This document shows positions 25,688-40,507 of a DNA stretch of 64,000 nucleotides, in pieces; the first letter of the stretch is position 1; every line of letters starts with the position of its first letter. The notes beneath the pieces are model-generated. The model did no database searches and had not been told where the DNA came from. It worked only from the letters and a program-made list of their open reading frames with translations. Source of the stretch: Chiloscyllium plagiosum (Eukaryota); the NCBI RefSeq assembly GCF_004010195.1, contig NC_057728.1, positions 42,513,484 through 42,577,483 of the forward strand. The letters are read 5' to 3'. Position numbers and translations under genes: made by a program.

Positions 25688-28600
25688 AGTGGCAGCAGAT
25701 TGAGGGCCAAGAGTAGGCCCACTTAAGAACCTCAAATAGTGGCAGGGTATTAAGGCAATTTACTGGCTTCCTGCCATAGACTTTAGGTGGAGATGGGGTA
25801 CCACGTACCATGCTTCTCCCTGATTACATACCTCTGCCGCCATATTATGGGGGAACAGCATCAAATTTCACCTGGGAAATGCAGAGCTGGTTTTAGTGAG
25901 GATAAATTTATTAAACCTATTTAAACATTGCAATAAAACACCAGATTTACCTTCTTTTGGGCTGTATCAGAAATCCTGTGACAGTGTGAAGGAACATTAG
26001 AAGTAAAAACAATTATAGAATTCCTTGCATAGGAATTGCGCAGAATATGAGGTCTGCTAATAGGATCCATCCTTGGCTTGTCTTATTTCTCATCTATATG
26101 CTACCTGTCAGTGAAAGGCACAATGTTAGTTTTTGCATGCATTCTGATGACACCCAGCTCTACCTCACCACCATCTCTCCCAATTTTACCACTTGCTAAA
26201 TAATCAAGTGGCTTATCCAATATCCAGAAGTTTCCTCCAACTAAATATTGGGAAGACTAAAGCAATTGTTTTTGGTTGCTACACCAAGCTCCATTCCCCA
26301 GTTACTGACTCCATCCTTCTCTCTGCCAGCAGTTTTGAGATTAAGTCAATGTGTCACATTTAATCCTAAAACAAGCTTTTGACTCATAGTCATGACATCC
26401 TACAACCATCGGTTTCCACCTCTGTAATTTTGCCTCGTCTTGGCTACCCTGCTGCTGAAACCTTTTTTAAAATGTTTTTGTCACCCCTAAAGGGGTGACA
26501 GATTTAAAACAGAAATGAGGAGGAACTACTTCTTTCAAAGTGTTGTGAATCTGTGGAATTCACTACTCAAAGTGTGTTGGATGCTGGGTCGCTGACGAAA
26601 TTTAAGGAGGTGATAGGTTTTTAATGAGTAACTGATGGGAAGGTGGTGGAGAATGGGCAGGAAAGTGGTGTTAAGGCCGAGAAGAGACCAGCCATGATCT
26701 TATTGAATGGTGCAGCAGGCCTAAGGGGATGAATTGCATACTGTGCTTAGTTCTTATGTTCTTGTATTCTAAATTTGACTGTTTCAATATGAAGGTGATT
26801 GCAGCATTGGTGGCTGTACCTTCAAGTGCCAAGACCCTAAACTCTGAACATAGGATCAAGAGGAAGCAGTTCAGACTGTTACACCTGCTCCACCATTCAG
26901 TTCGATTGTAATTCATCTTCCATCTCTATACCATTGTCTTACTAACCACATATACCCTGATATCATTAATTGAAAGTGCTCAAGATTGAGCTTCCAAAGA
27001 CCTCTTGGGCAGAGAATTACAAAGATTCACCACCCTCTTAATGAAGGCATCCCTCCTCATCTCAGTCTGAAATGGCCTTGCATTTAATCTGAAATTATGT
27101 CCTCTGATTCTCAACTATTCATTGTTTCTACATTCACTCAGTCACATAGAATGTAAGAATATTGCAAGTTTCAATGAGATCTCTTCTCATTCTTTGAAAC
27201 TCGAGGGAATATAAACTCAGACTCTCTTTAAAAGACAATCCCACCATCCCAAGGATTAAACTGGTGAATCTCTATTGCATTCCTTCCAGGGAATGAGTAT
27301 TCTTTCTTAGTTATGGAGACAAAACTGTACCCAGTACTTCAGTTGCCAATATCAGCAAGGCTGGATACAATTACTATAAGACTCAAATCTGTTTGTAATG
27401 AAGACTGAGCGACTGTGGGCTTCCTAATTGCTAGGTACACCTACGTACTAGCTTTCAGTGACTTATGAACAAACACCAGGTACTTTTTGGCATTTCAAAT
27501 TTCTTAATGTTTAAGCAATATTCTGTGTTTCTGTTTTCTTGACTACAATGAATAACTTCTTACTTATTCAAATTATATGACCATAAAGTAAAAGAGCAGT
27601 AGTAGGCCATTTGATCCTTCAAATACAAACCCAATCTATTCAACCTTTCCTCAAAACAAAATCACTCCATCATTGGAATTAACATAGTTAACCTTATTTG
27701 GTCTGATTTCAATGCTGCTATATTTTTCCTGAGACAAAGAGTCCAAAACTGTTCACAATATTCTAGCTGTGGGCCGACTAGTTTCCTTTTATCTATGATA
27801 CAACTAACACACTCACAAACTCACAAAGTTTATCAAATGTAATTTCCCTTTCAAAATTCCTTGTTGATTCTGCACAGTTTTAACATTCTTTTCTAAATGT
27901 CCAGTTATTACATCCAATGGCTGATGTCAAACCTAGCAGGTTCACAATTCTCTCTTCCTCCCTTCTTAAACAGTGGGTCACATTAGCCACTTTCCATAAT
28001 GTCTTAAAACTTTGAACTATAACTACTAGTGCCTCCACTATTGCTCTGGCTACCATCTTCAACATTCCATGATGAAGCTTATCTGGTCTAGGGAAGTCAT
28101 CAACTTTTACAAATGCCACTCCTTTTAGCAATATAGCATGAATTCCTTTTAGTTTCTCAGTTTTTCAAGTCCCTCACTTTGCCTCCTTCATCTCTCTACA
28201 TCACTTTCCTCCTTTAAGTCATTTTTAAAACCTTCCTCATTGTCTAAGTTTATTGGTCATTTCCTCATATGGCTCAGTGATCATATTTTCTTTTAATAAT
28301 GTTCCTAAGAAGCACCTTGGAATGTTTTGTCATGTTATATCTATATCAAACTAAAATTATCTTGGGCAAAAGTACAAAGACAGTTACTACTCTTTTCAGA
28401 ATTTCTGCCCCACTTCAATGTCCACAGTTCCATACATTGTTCCCCGATCAAGATGTGTGCATGCTATGTGCTTTCAGTTCCTTGCAAAGACTGCTTTATA
28501 ACTTATTAGGATTTAAAACAAAGGAAGGTCAGACTCTCTATCTTTCTGATTTCTCATATGCCCTAGCTCTAGGAATATGTTAAACTTCGATCTCCTCTGT

Positions 28601-31175
28601 CTGACAACCTCGGTGAGAATGAGACTTGTTCCTACCATCTGATGCAAGGGGCTGAGTAGCCCAATAGTAACACAAACAACCTTAATTTGCATGATATGTA
28701 GTTTACTCAGTTGAAAGATTAACACTTCACATTCTTGATCATTCATTTAAGATTGCATAGTTTGTTAGTTAAATATTTGTTTGCATTGATTATAATGTGT
28801 ACAAAGATGCTATAATGTCATAATTTTGGAACACATATTACTAGCAACAGCAGGGAGCAGACTAATTCTATTTCTGTTTCAAAGTAGTCTAGTGATTGTA
28901 TCACTCCGAAACAGATACCTGCACATTTTCAAAGCCTTAATCTTGGGAAAATCAGAGGCATTTTTAATTAGAACGGGATTGCTGTAACATAACCCCATGA
29001 AATGTAAAATCCAATGGATAAACAGGTCAAAGTTAAAAAAAGTAAACAAAGAGCAACTTGTTTCTGTAATGTTATGCTTTCTGTTTCCCAGAACTTGAAC
29101 TCATTGTGGGGGTTTGTATTTAGTCTCTTTTATTTTGTCAAAGTTTTTGTATTTCTTTCACTAGATCTCCATCTTTTCAGGATTTAACTGTAATATTTAA
29201 ATTTTTTTAGAGTAAACAAGTAAGGTTTTCTTCTTTTAAAATATGAAATCCAGCAAAATTGTGGCTGAAGTTGCTATTAATCCTGCAAAATTTGAATTCA
29301 ATGTTGTCGATAGTTGAACATGATCTTCAGAGAGTCCAGAGATACTTTATCCTGTCAGTATAAGTAGCAAAGTAGTTTTATGGCTCCATTTTGTTCGCTT
29401 GATATACCCATTAAGATAAGGTCTTAAACAGTCATAGCATGCACAATACACCTTGAGTAAAATATGTTTTAAAATGTTACTTGTTACTTGTATGACTATG
29501 TAAAACTGTATAAGATAATTAAGACACAAAATAGCAGTAATAAAATAAAACAAAGAACTGGGCATGCTGGAGATCTGCAACAAAAAGAAAAATTGCTGGC
29601 GAAACTCAGCAGATTTGACAGCATCTGTGGAGGAAAAGTAGAGTTAACATTTCGATTTGGTAACTCTTCATTGGAAATTAGTTTTAACAATTTTGCATTG
29701 CAAGGTTGTTTCCTGTGTTACACAGTGTAAAACTTGATTTAGATTAGATCGTTAGGACTCTGCCTGCTTATGCTAAATAAGCAGGAGGATTCAAGACAAT
29801 ACAACTTAAGGCATATCAATGGTTCTGTTTAAGAATTATAGCTAGTTTGGATGCAGCAGTCATAACATTGGAGTTCATAGCACTACTGTTGTCAGTGCTA
29901 ACAAGCCTGAACTGATAAAAGGCAGCTGATGTGATTGAATCCTGGCTGAGAGTGCTAAAATGGATGTGCTAGGTTTACAGCTGCAACATGCAGGGTGGAC
30001 AAATTATGACATCTACAGATTCTACTATTAATTTGATGCCATGATCTACCATCTTGGGTTGTGCAGATCCAGTTAATGTCCTGTCCTGATCACTGTCTTA
30101 CTATCTGTCTTTCAAGTGCCTTTACCTGTCCCACTGCTCTTGTGGTTGCAGCATGGCTAGTGCGACCTGCTGACTCTGACAGATCAACAGCATAGATGGT
30201 CTTGCAGAATGTCCGCAAGCAACTCAGGGCTTTATCTGCTCAAATATTGGACTTTAGAACCATCTGATGGCTAAGCTGGCTGATGATTGGTTTAGATGGG
30301 CCCTGATGGTAGTATAGGAAATACAAATGCAATCATCCTCAGAGGGGACAGCAGGTTCATACAGTACTGAGCCACTGACACTCTCTCAGGGCAAAGCCTG
30401 ATCTATCTCAGAAATCGCTTGGTGGATAGTTTGCTGGATGTCTTGAGATCCTGTAATCCCATTTGAACATAGGTGTCTAGGCCATGAATGATCATGGTCT
30501 GAGCCTACATAGCACTAAACATAGATCTCATGTCTGACCTTTACCTGAGATGTTACATTGTTTCTATCTATGTTGCATCATAGTTTGGACTGCTGACCAC
30601 TACTATTTGGAAAAGAATAAAGCCCAGCTCTGAACGAAGCCCTGTGTTAGACTCCTTGGCAGTGACAGCATGTTGTTTGATAGACCTAATAATGGTGTGC
30701 ATGCCTATCAGTGTTCTCCTGTAAGTGGTTGCTTTGCAGTCTTTATTTGTGTCCTCTGTTGCAAAGTCATCTGTCACCTTGCTCTCTGGGGAGTCTTCTC
30801 TTTCTCTATTGCGCTATTTTCTGAGGGTTTGCTTCTAGCCAGTTCCCAACAAACAGTCTGCAGCAGCTTCTGCACAGTAAGTGTCTTCTTTGAACAAGCA
30901 AGCTATCAGTATATTGCACCCCAATGTACCTGCTGGGCCTCCTCTTGATTATGCAAACGCTCAGTGATACATTTCACATTGCGCTACACACAGAAATCAA
31001 TTCAATCTTGGGACAGGAAAAATTGTGCCTGACACCGGGTCTTGATAAAATTTTCACCTGATTTGAATAGATTGCTTTTCTGGTAATGTGTCATGTTTAT
31101 AACACGACTAAATCGTGATATCTTATATCAAACTAGCCACTCCTTTTCAATGAATGTGGAGTGTACGTGATAATG

Positions 31176-31192
31176 CATTGCCATCTACTGGC
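31176..31192 (-). promoter_or_regulatory. Candidate CTCF motif
   Basis: Minus strand GCCAGTAGATGGCAATG fits CCASYAGRKGGC; motif match only. Confidence 0.4.
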
Positions 31193-31584
31193 TTAATCTC
31201 ATATGACACAGACCACATGACGATCTCAGAATTGTTTGGTTGACAGCAATTAATCTGACATTATCCATTTAGTTTGATAAGTTGGCTAAGTGTAACTGTG
31301 TAACTTGCTTGCAATTTCTGTCATTAAGAAATTGACAGTTTGACTTACCTGTAACTTGAAAATCTATAACTTGAATTAATCAATTCAATTCAGCTGACAC
31401 TAGTCTTTGAGGAAAATCATTGTTAAAATATTTACAATGTAGTCTAGATACAATAGCAGCATCTTAGTTTCAATGCAAAGGAAGAGATTAGCAGGAAAAG
31501 ATTCTCCATTTACATTTTTAGCAAAGTAAAAGTAAATATGAGTGAAATAGTGTTAAGGTGGTAAAAAAAACTGCCATAAAACTA

Positions 31585-32805
31585 TTGGAGGGTGGCTAAT
31601 GTTGTACCACTTTTTAAGAAAGGTGGGAGAGAGAAAGCAGGAAATTATAGACCAGTTAGTCTGACCTCAGTGGTGGGAAAGATGCTGGAGACTATTATAA
31701 AGGATGAAATTACGACACATCTGGATAGCAGTAACAGGATAGGTCAGAGTCAGCATGGATTTATGAAGGGGAAATCATGCTTGACTAATCTTCTGGAATT
31801 TTTTTGAGGATGTAAGTCTGAAGATGGACNNNNNNNNNNNNNNNNNNNNNNNNNNNNNNNNNNNNNNNNNNNNNNNNNNNNNNNNNNNNNNNNNNNNNNN
31901 NNNNNNNNNNNNNNNNNNNNNNNNNNNNNNNNNNNNNNNNNNNNNNNNNNNNNNNNNNNNNNNNNNNNNNNNNNNNNNNNNNNNNNNNNNNNNNNNNNNN
32001 NNNNNNNNNNNNNNNNNNNNNNNNNNNNNNNNNNNNNNNNNNNNNNNNNNNNNNNNNNNNNNNNNNNNNNNNNNNNNNNNNNNNNNNNNNNNNNNNNNNN
32101 NNNNNNNNNNNNNNNNNNNNNNNNNNNNNNNNNNNNNNNNNNNNNNNNNNNNNNNNNNNNNNNNNNNNNNNNNNNNNNNNNNNNNNNNNNNNNNNNNNNN
32201 NNNNNNNNNNNNNNNNNNNNNNNNNNNNNNNNNNNNNNNNNNNNNNNNNNNNNNNNNNNNNNNNNNNNNNNNNNNNNNNNNNNNNNNNNNNNNNNNNNNN
32301 NNNNNNNNNNNNNNNNNNNNNNNNNNNNNNNNNNNNNNNNNNNNNNNNNNNNNNNNNNNNNNNNNNNNNNNNNNNNNNNNNNNNNNNNNNNNNNNNNNNN
32401 NNNNNNNNNNNNNNNNNNNNNNNNNNNNNNNNNNNNNNNNNNNNNNNNNNNNNNNNNNNNNNNNNAACATGTTTCTGCTGATGGGTGAGTGCCAAACCAG
32501 AGGACACAGCTTAAAAATATGGGGTAGACCATTTAGAACAGAGATGAGGAGAAACTTCTTCACCAGGGAGTTGTGGCTGTGTGGAATGCTCTGCCCCAGA
32601 GGGCAGTGGAGGCCCAGTCTCTGGATTCATTTAAGAAACAGTTGGATAGAGCGCTCAAGGATAGTGGAATCAAGGATTATGGAGATAAGGCAGGAACAGG
32701 ATACTGATTAAGGATGATCAGCCATGATCATATTGAATGGTGGTGCAGGCTCGAAGGGCAGAATGGCCGACTCCTGCATCTATTGTCTATTGCCTATTGT
32801 CTATT
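31585..32805 (+). mobile_element. Young CR1 LINE spanning the assembly gap
   Basis: ANVVPLFKKGGREKAGNYRPVSLTSVVGKMLE...QHGFMKGKSCLTNLLEFF before the gap; TRGHSLK...RRNFFT and a (ctattgt)n tail after it. Confidence 0.92.
31830..32465. other. Assembly gap (636 N)
   Basis: Run of N. Confidence 1.
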
Positions 32806-34719
32806 TAGCTGTTTCATGTTAAAATCTCAGCCTAGTCAATACTGTAATGTTCCTCCGACTGACATCTGGGTTCCAAGCTAAGTGATTTGCCATCACACAA
32901 AATTCAAGAAAAATTTGACATTGCTTTACTCATAAAACCATGTTTATCAGCTTCAATCTTCAGACTCCTCTTTTATCATTCTTAGCGTTTTTTGTTTGGA
33001 TAAGAGTTGCCTTTGGGAGTCCTCAATATTGATTCCAGATTTTATGTTGTCTTGTAACTTAGGCTAGCACAAGGCATAGAAGATTTCCTGTTGAACTGCA
33101 TACTCACAACTGACAAAGCAATAAACCTGCACATTGCTTTTGCTTGAGGAAATACTGAGTGAATTCTATAGGCACGAAATATGTTGTGGTTGAGACAATT
33201 CAGTGCCTGACTGTCTTGGATGAGCTGAAGTGTGGAAAATAGAAGTATTAGCAAGGATCAGCCTCAAGTGAAGAGGGAACTAGCATGCTTGACCACATTG
33301 CCGTTGAACCAGTCTGTCTGTGCATATTTTGTTTTCTTTGTCAGGTCCTCACATATTCCACTCAGTGCCATGACTTATTGACTACTCCTACTTGCCCTTG
33401 AAGTGAGTGGCTTGCTTGGCCATTTCAGAGGGCAGCACATTTACTGTGGGTCCAGAGTCACGTCTAATCCAGACCAAATAAGGATGGCAGATTTATTTCC
33501 CTAAGAAGTGACAGTTGATGGCTGTCATCGTCACTATTACTAAGACCATGTTTGTATTCCAAATTTATTAATATAATTTAAATTCCACCAACTAATGTTG
33601 ATGTAGGATTTGAACCTATTAATTCAGAGTATTACCTCAGACTTCTGAACCAGTGACATTCCCATAATACTCCCATCTTCTTTCAAGTAATAACATTGCT
33701 AGGAGATAATGCTTCTTATCTCAATATCTCATTTGCAGTGTGAGAACACCCTCCACATATACTTGGGCTGAGTGGATAAGCAAAGCAAACCTTAGTAGCC
33801 AAACTAAAAATTCATGAGGTAATGTGGGCCATCAGCAGGAGTAAGTATCACCACATAACCTTATGCTTGGTATATGCCTCACATTCCAAACACATGCAGG
33901 GAGTACATTTTAAAATAATATACAAACTTGGTGAGGTTACAATACAGGCCTACTTACATGCTAAGAATCAAAAGTAAATTGATTCAAGTGGAACCAAGTA
34001 GTTCCATAATCAACAGATTAAAGTAGACGTCAGTACATCTAACTTACATATCCATTGAAAGATGGTGCTGGACAACCAGAAAACTAATGGAAGAAAAGAT
34101 CTGCATGAATTCTATCACCTATAACCATGGCAAACTGTTGGATGTGCAAAAGATAAGCTTCAATTATTTTGGCAAATAGGTTTGATCGCATGTGATAAGT
34201 TGACGATCATACTCAGCTCCTTCTAAGGTCCCTACATCTAAATAATTTGTTTTGGTTTAAATGACAGTAAGAGGTGATTGAGTTTATTGGACATAAAGTC
34301 GACAGATCTTGATGACACTACCTGTATTGCTGAAGTGCATAAGTAATAACCAGCCCAGATCAGCTAGTCCTATGCAATGGTACAATAGGCATCTACCCAA
34401 CATTGCAGGAAACTGCTTGTGTATCTCTGATCCAGAAAACACAGGAACAATCCAAACTAGTCAACAATGCTACTAGTCTATCTCCAATCTTCTGCAAAGT
34501 GTTGTATCACCCAGAGTTTAGTGGGCTATGGGGTGTTTTACGCCAAATTTCCAAAAAATAAAGAGGAATTGATTAGACAGAGATAGACTGTTTCAGCTAG
34601 TTGGGAGGTTTAAGACTAAGGGACTTTTCCTAAAAGTTAGAATAAAGGCTTTCAGTTCCTTTAGTTCATGAAACCTTATTAATAATAATTTCCCTCAAAT
34701 AGAAAACTAAAACACAAGG

Positions 34720-35885
34720 TATAAGAGGGAATATTGATTAAGGATTGAGTAGCATGCAGAAAACAGAGAATAATAATAAGCAAATATAAATGGGTCATCT
34801 CACATTGGCAGGTTGTGACCAGTGGAATATCACAAGGATCAGTACTTGGGTTCCAGCTGTTCACAATATATGTCAATAATTTGAATGTGGGGACCAAGTA
34901 TATTATTTTCATGTATGTAGATAACATGCTTTGGACAAACTTTGTTAATGGGCAAGAATATAACACAAGAAATGTAATGTGAAATAATTTTGAGGTTATC
35001 TACTTTGACAGGAGGAACAGATCTGCAGAGTGTTTCTTATGTGGTAAGAAATTAGAAAATCTTAATATACAAAGGGACCTGGGTGTGCTCATCAATGAGT
35101 CATTGAAGGCTTACATGAAGATGCAGCAGGCAATTAGGAAGGTTACTAGTATGTTATCCTTTATTACAAGAGGATTTGTGTCCAGCGGTTGCAAAGTCTT
35201 GCTTCGGTATATAAGAGCTTGATTACATTACACCTGGAGTATTGAGTGCAGTTTTGGTCCCCTCACAAAGAGGAGTGCAACAAAAGTTCACCAGATATTC
35301 TCAGGATGATGGGACTATCCCATGAAGAGACCTTGGGCACATTCTGCATATATTCTCTAGAATTTTGAAGAATGTGAGAAAGTGATATTTAAGTCTACAA
35401 AATACTACAAGGGACAGACAAGGTAGGCTTCCTTATGAGTGAGGGTCTCTTGACCTGAAATGTTAACTCTGATTTTTCTCCACCGATGCTGCCCAATCTG
35501 CTGAGCTTTTCTAGCAATTTCTAATGTTGTTACTGATTTACAGCATCCACAGTTCTTTTGGTTTTTATTAAGGTAGACATCCTATTGGAGACTCAAAGTA
35601 CACATTTTCAAAATAAAGCAGAACCCACTTATGGCTGAATTGAGGATAAACCCTTTCACATACAGTGTTGTGAATCTTTGGAAATCTCTACCCCACAACA
35701 TTGCTGGAAGCTGTGTTATTGAGTATGTCTAGCGTAAAGATTGACAGATTTCTACATCCCAATGATGTAAAGGGATATGGAGATAATATGGGAAAAAGAC
35801 TTTGAAGTGGATAATCACCAACGATTGTATTGAAAGGTGGAACAGACTTGATGGGCTGAATGGTCTACTTCTGTTGTATTTCCTC
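34720..35885 (+). mobile_element. Old CR1 RT/3' fragment with a short inserted element (about 35430-35570)
   Basis: WQVVTSGISQGSVLG...LFTIYVNNL RT motif and 3' UTR-like end. Confidence 0.75.
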
Positions 35886-37260
35886 ATGCTTCTGCACACA
35901 GAGGTTAAAGTAGAACTCTCTTTCACAAATAGTGACTGATGCTGAACCAATTGTTAATTTCAAATACGACCCACCGAATAGGAGCAGAAGTAGACCATTT
36001 AACACATCAAGCCTGTTCTGCTATTTAATAAGGTCATGGCTCAACTGGATGTGTTTCAAAATGTATTTTCCATTAACCCTGATAAACTTAAGATTTAGGT
36101 TTTTGTAAACCATAGCAATTAAGGGATTTTGAATAGGCAAAGGCAGATTATATGGAGTTAGGTGATAGATCACTCACCAATCTCAGGGAATGGTAGAACA
36201 GACTTGAGGGACTAAAAAGCCTATTCCTATTCCTATATAAAGTAATTTTAAAAAATCAATAATATCACAAATGGTAGGTACCATCAATGACTTCAACGAA
36301 GGTTAGTTTGAGTTCTACCAAAGTCACTGACTCCAGACCAAAGTCTTAATATAAATATGGAGTTGAAAGGCAAAGAAGAGGTGAGAGTAATCTTCTTTGA
36401 CATTAGGAAGATATTTGGCTGAATATAATAGCAAGAAGGCCCAGCATTGCCTCACCTCGAGGTTAATTAAGGTTATGGAGGTTAAGATAGACACCTCATC
36501 CATAGCTATTCTCACATCTGGTATGCAGGAAGATGTTTATGGTTATTAGAGGCCAATTGTTGCAACCCCGGGAAGCTCAACATATATGTTGCTTAGCGTA
36601 ATGTTCTCTTCAGTTGTTTAATCAATTACTTTCTTCTGAGATAAAACCAGGAGCAAGATTATCCTCTGAAAAATTCACGTTGCTCAGCTCTGATAGTGTC
36701 TGTGATAATGAAATAGCCCAAACTAGCCAACAGGTATACTTGGACAATAGCTTGGGGTTGATGTGGCAAGTGGCATCTAACAGTTGAATCTCACATGTCA
36801 GGCAAGGAGAGCACTCTGGATATCACTGATATTGCCACATTATCAACAGCAGACTGACACTCTCAGTAACATAGTAACTGAAAAAGAATATAGTTTAAAT
36901 AATTGTTTCTCTTGGGCAAACCTCCATATTATTCCCTCAGATTATTTACTAACCATGTTTCTCTTCAAAATGATGTGTAATATTTCCAGCAAAATATGTC
37001 TTAATTAAAAAGGTGTTTCATCTTCAGATCAATCATCCAACCATCTGTGCTAGTGAAAGGTTTCGCTTCCAAAGATGGTTGTTGTTTGATGGAAAAATGC
37101 ATTCCTCTAATTTGATTCTGAAGAAACCTTGCATAAATGGAGTGACATTACATAATGTACAATACACTTGAGACCAGAGAAATTATGAATTCAGTTATAA
37201 ATTCAATCAAAATATCTATTACTATCATGGAGAACACACAATTATCCATTTGTTTTGCAG

Positions 37261-37395
37261 AGCACTGCCAATTTGAATGTTTCAATAACTACTCAGAATG
37301 TGGATTGCTATGATAGTGGAATCATTTGTATGAAGTCCCTCATGATATCTGTTGGAGGCACCCATCTTTATTTCAATGATAATTCTGGCAAGCCA
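37261..37395 (+). CDS. OTOGL: Otogelin-like exon G (STANLNVSITTQNVDCYDSGIICMKSLMISVGGTHLYFNDNSGKP)
   Basis: ttttgcag| and |gtgagt; 135 nt, phase 0 to 0; VWD QNxxC...CxKS motif that directly continues exon F. Confidence 0.92.
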
Positions 37396-39815
37396 GTGAG
37401 TAACTATTCTAATTAAATACAAATATACATTTTGTTGCTTATTTTTTCTTGAAAGTATACAAGAAGTGTTCAAATGCTCCTTTTAAAATGATGTGCAGAA
37501 ATGGAAACTTATGTGTATGGTTTCTTCAAAGGAATCAGTTTATTCAGTCTTGTAAAATATGATCAATGCCCCTGCCACCCCCACCACTGGAAAGGCTGAT
37601 GGCTTAGCGGGTAATTGCAGTCCATAATTGCTCAACAATACCGATATGATGTTCTAATTTAATTCTTTATTTTTTACAGGCATCTGACTGCGAGCATTAA
37701 AATTAGGTCACTACAGTTTGTAGCCCAAATCACTCCAGCAGCAGTATAGAACTTGTCAGTGTTTCCACCACTGACTGCCATTAAATAGCACTGACTGAAA
37801 CTGCATTTGTCACAATGTTCAGCGAGGATTGAGTCAGGAAAACCTTTACTAATTTAGCCTCATTGTTCAGGAACAGCAGCCTCTGTATACATGAATAGAA
37901 TATCTTTTTACACTTCAACAGGAAGATAAATACCTTGAGTATGGCACCATAACGGGGCAGAATTCCTACAGAGGTTTTCCTGTTGAACTAGTGCAAGATG
38001 TATTTGAAAATTATAGTTATTGACATTTATGACTGGATTACCAATTTTATTCTAATTAAGTCACCGTGCAATCATAATTGTCAGATTGTTGACATAATAA
38101 CTCAGTGATTCATAGAACATTGGTGACTGAATTGCAACTTTTATGGGCTTCTGAATAAAATCTACGTCCACCCACTGGTTTAACTGTCATTATATAGTTA
38201 ATATCTGCAAGAAAATTATTATTTTTCTTATAGTTTTAAATGGATTTAAAGTATTTCATTTTAAAGTGTTAATGAGATTTAAATTTACAGCGAATGGAAT
38301 CAAGTCTCTATAATATACTCATTGATGTCTACATTTAGCTTCCTTGCTACTCCAATATTTGATTTTACATTAAATGTTCTATAGTAATGGCATTCCTGCT
38401 ATAGGACAAAATTTATATGCACCTTCTCATTCATTATGCTTGGCTGTATTAGCAAGCGACACTATTCACTTATAATGATATTAATGATTTTCTGTTCTGC
38501 GCCTTTTCCAACACTTTGTTTATTGTAAAAAAAGATTAAAACACAAAAGTAGTCACCATAACACTTTCTGTGCACACCTTGAATTGCAAAAATAACTACT
38601 GGCTCCTATTCTCTACTGGTAACAGTGAGCTCATTTGTGGAGCTTAGGCGAGCATTTTTACTCTTTCAAGCCTCAGCAGATAAATACTTACCCTAGTGAG
38701 CTGCATATTTTTGTGAAGTTAAGTTTATAAATAGACACTGAAACAACTTCTTTAAAATTTTAAAGTGTCTTTAATTTACATAAAATAGCATGCGTATGCT
38801 TACCTACAAAATGAGTGGTTGTCTTCTTACAGTAAGTTCGTTTTTTCTATTTTGTGCAGTTAGTTAATTTTGTTTCACTCTTGAACTTTTGACTCCGAAG
38901 GAAGTCTCAAATTTCCAGAAGATCTCATTTACTATTGACAGTCAGAGACATTGCAGACTTATCTACTTAAAAATCAAGATGGCCCTTTGTATTGAATCCA
39001 CTTGTCACATAAAAGGTATTGGCCACGTACCCTGCCTGCTGTTCCTCTCAGCTCTCAGTTTCAATTAGTTATTATTTTCTTCCCATTTTATAATCTAAAG
39101 ATCTGGTTCTCCTGTTCAAAGTGCTAGTTCTGACAGATGGAAATCTCATTATTCCAAATTTCTTAAGTTCTATCCCCATCTAAAAGTCCATCCTCCACCT
39201 AACCTCCTTATCCCATCTACCATCAGCCAAACCCCTTCCTCCTTTTCTGTCCAACACTGGTCACAGCTTTCAAACTATTTCTGTCTATTACTCTCCACAC
39301 TCTGCCTGCTCTTGCTATACTACCTAAAATATTACTATGCTTCCAATTCCTTGCACCTAGCTAGGCTGCCCAGCTTCAATTTACTGGCACATTAGATTAT
39401 GTACCAAATCTCTCTTTAGAAAACAATATTTTAACTTGTTTCTCAGGGGCAATGCCACCAGAGAGAATGGGACTTGTCATAAGTGAGCTAAATCTGAAAT
39501 GAATACCTAGATGAAGAATGCAACTTAATAGTACATATATATATTTTCTGTTTTATTTGTCAACACCATCTGACACAAGTAAGACAAGTTATTTTAGTAA
39601 TTAAAGTATAATTATTATAATTTTTGCCATTTTGGTTGCAATTTGCTTTTCAGTCAAAATTAATTTTTCCAAATATGTAAACAGCAAACTTGACAGTGCT
39701 AAATTAGCTGTAGATTTATCCAATAAATGCCTTAATTACATAGTATAAGAATTTTGACACAGTTGAAAACTGATGGAAGACTTGAGTTATTACTTGTGAT
39801 TACTGTTTCTATTAG

Positions 39816-39962
39816 AGTTTATCTGGGGTAAGGAGAGCAGTACCTGATTTTCAGCTCTGGAAGGCAGGTTACTACTCAGTGGTACACTATCCAGTGCAAG
39901 AGATGACAGTGTTTTGGGATAGGAAGACAACTGTACATATTCAAGCTGGACCTCAGTGGCAA
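39816..39962 (+). CDS. OTOGL: Otogelin-like exon H (SLSGVRRAVPDFQLWKAGYYSVVHYPVQEMTVFWDRKTTVHIQAGPQWQ)
   Basis: ctattag| and |gtaagt; 147 nt, phase 0 to 0; QLWKAGYY and WDRKTT as in recalled OTOGL. Confidence 0.92.
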
Positions 39963-40507
39963 GTAAGTAGATTAGTTACTTTCAACCTTGCTCAATGGAA
40001 GTGCATTACATTTTACAGGTAGCAGAATATCAAATTTAAATTGCCAAAATAAAAATTAAATACTGCAAAAATCTGAAATATGACAAGAAGTGTTGGGAAT
40101 ATTCAGCATTTCTGAAGAAGCATTGTAGTAGACTTGTTTCTCTCTCCACAAATGCTGCCAGACATACTGAGTACTTCCAGCACATTCTGATTTTTATTTT
40201 GAAAATATCCAATCTTGGGCAGTTCTGATTTTCACAATGGGACACAGATCTTTACTGTATCCTGCAGAAGCACATACCTCACTACAAGAACAGTTATGGG
40301 GAATAAACACTTCAAAGCAAAACTGAGCTATACAAACCGTCATGTTGCCACAACACAAGAAATCAAAGCTAAGAGAAATGTCTCTGTGCATGCATTGTGG
40401 TGTGTTTCTTACTGTACAAGAATGACTGCACTTCAACTGTGTTTTACTGGCCATAAAGTCCTTTGAAATATTATGAAATTATGAAAATCACAATATAAAT
40501 GAAAGTT

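Noticed and set aside
31750..32711. Long ORFs of 240-295 aa
   Set aside because: Artefacts of translating through the N gap; the flanks are CR1.
11815..37260. Missing exon or nested gene in the 25.4-kb intron
   Set aside because: Exons F and G join in phase with no gap in the VWD domain, the N gap lies within a CR1, and I found no convincing spliced ORF on either strand. A non-coding transcript cannot be excluded.
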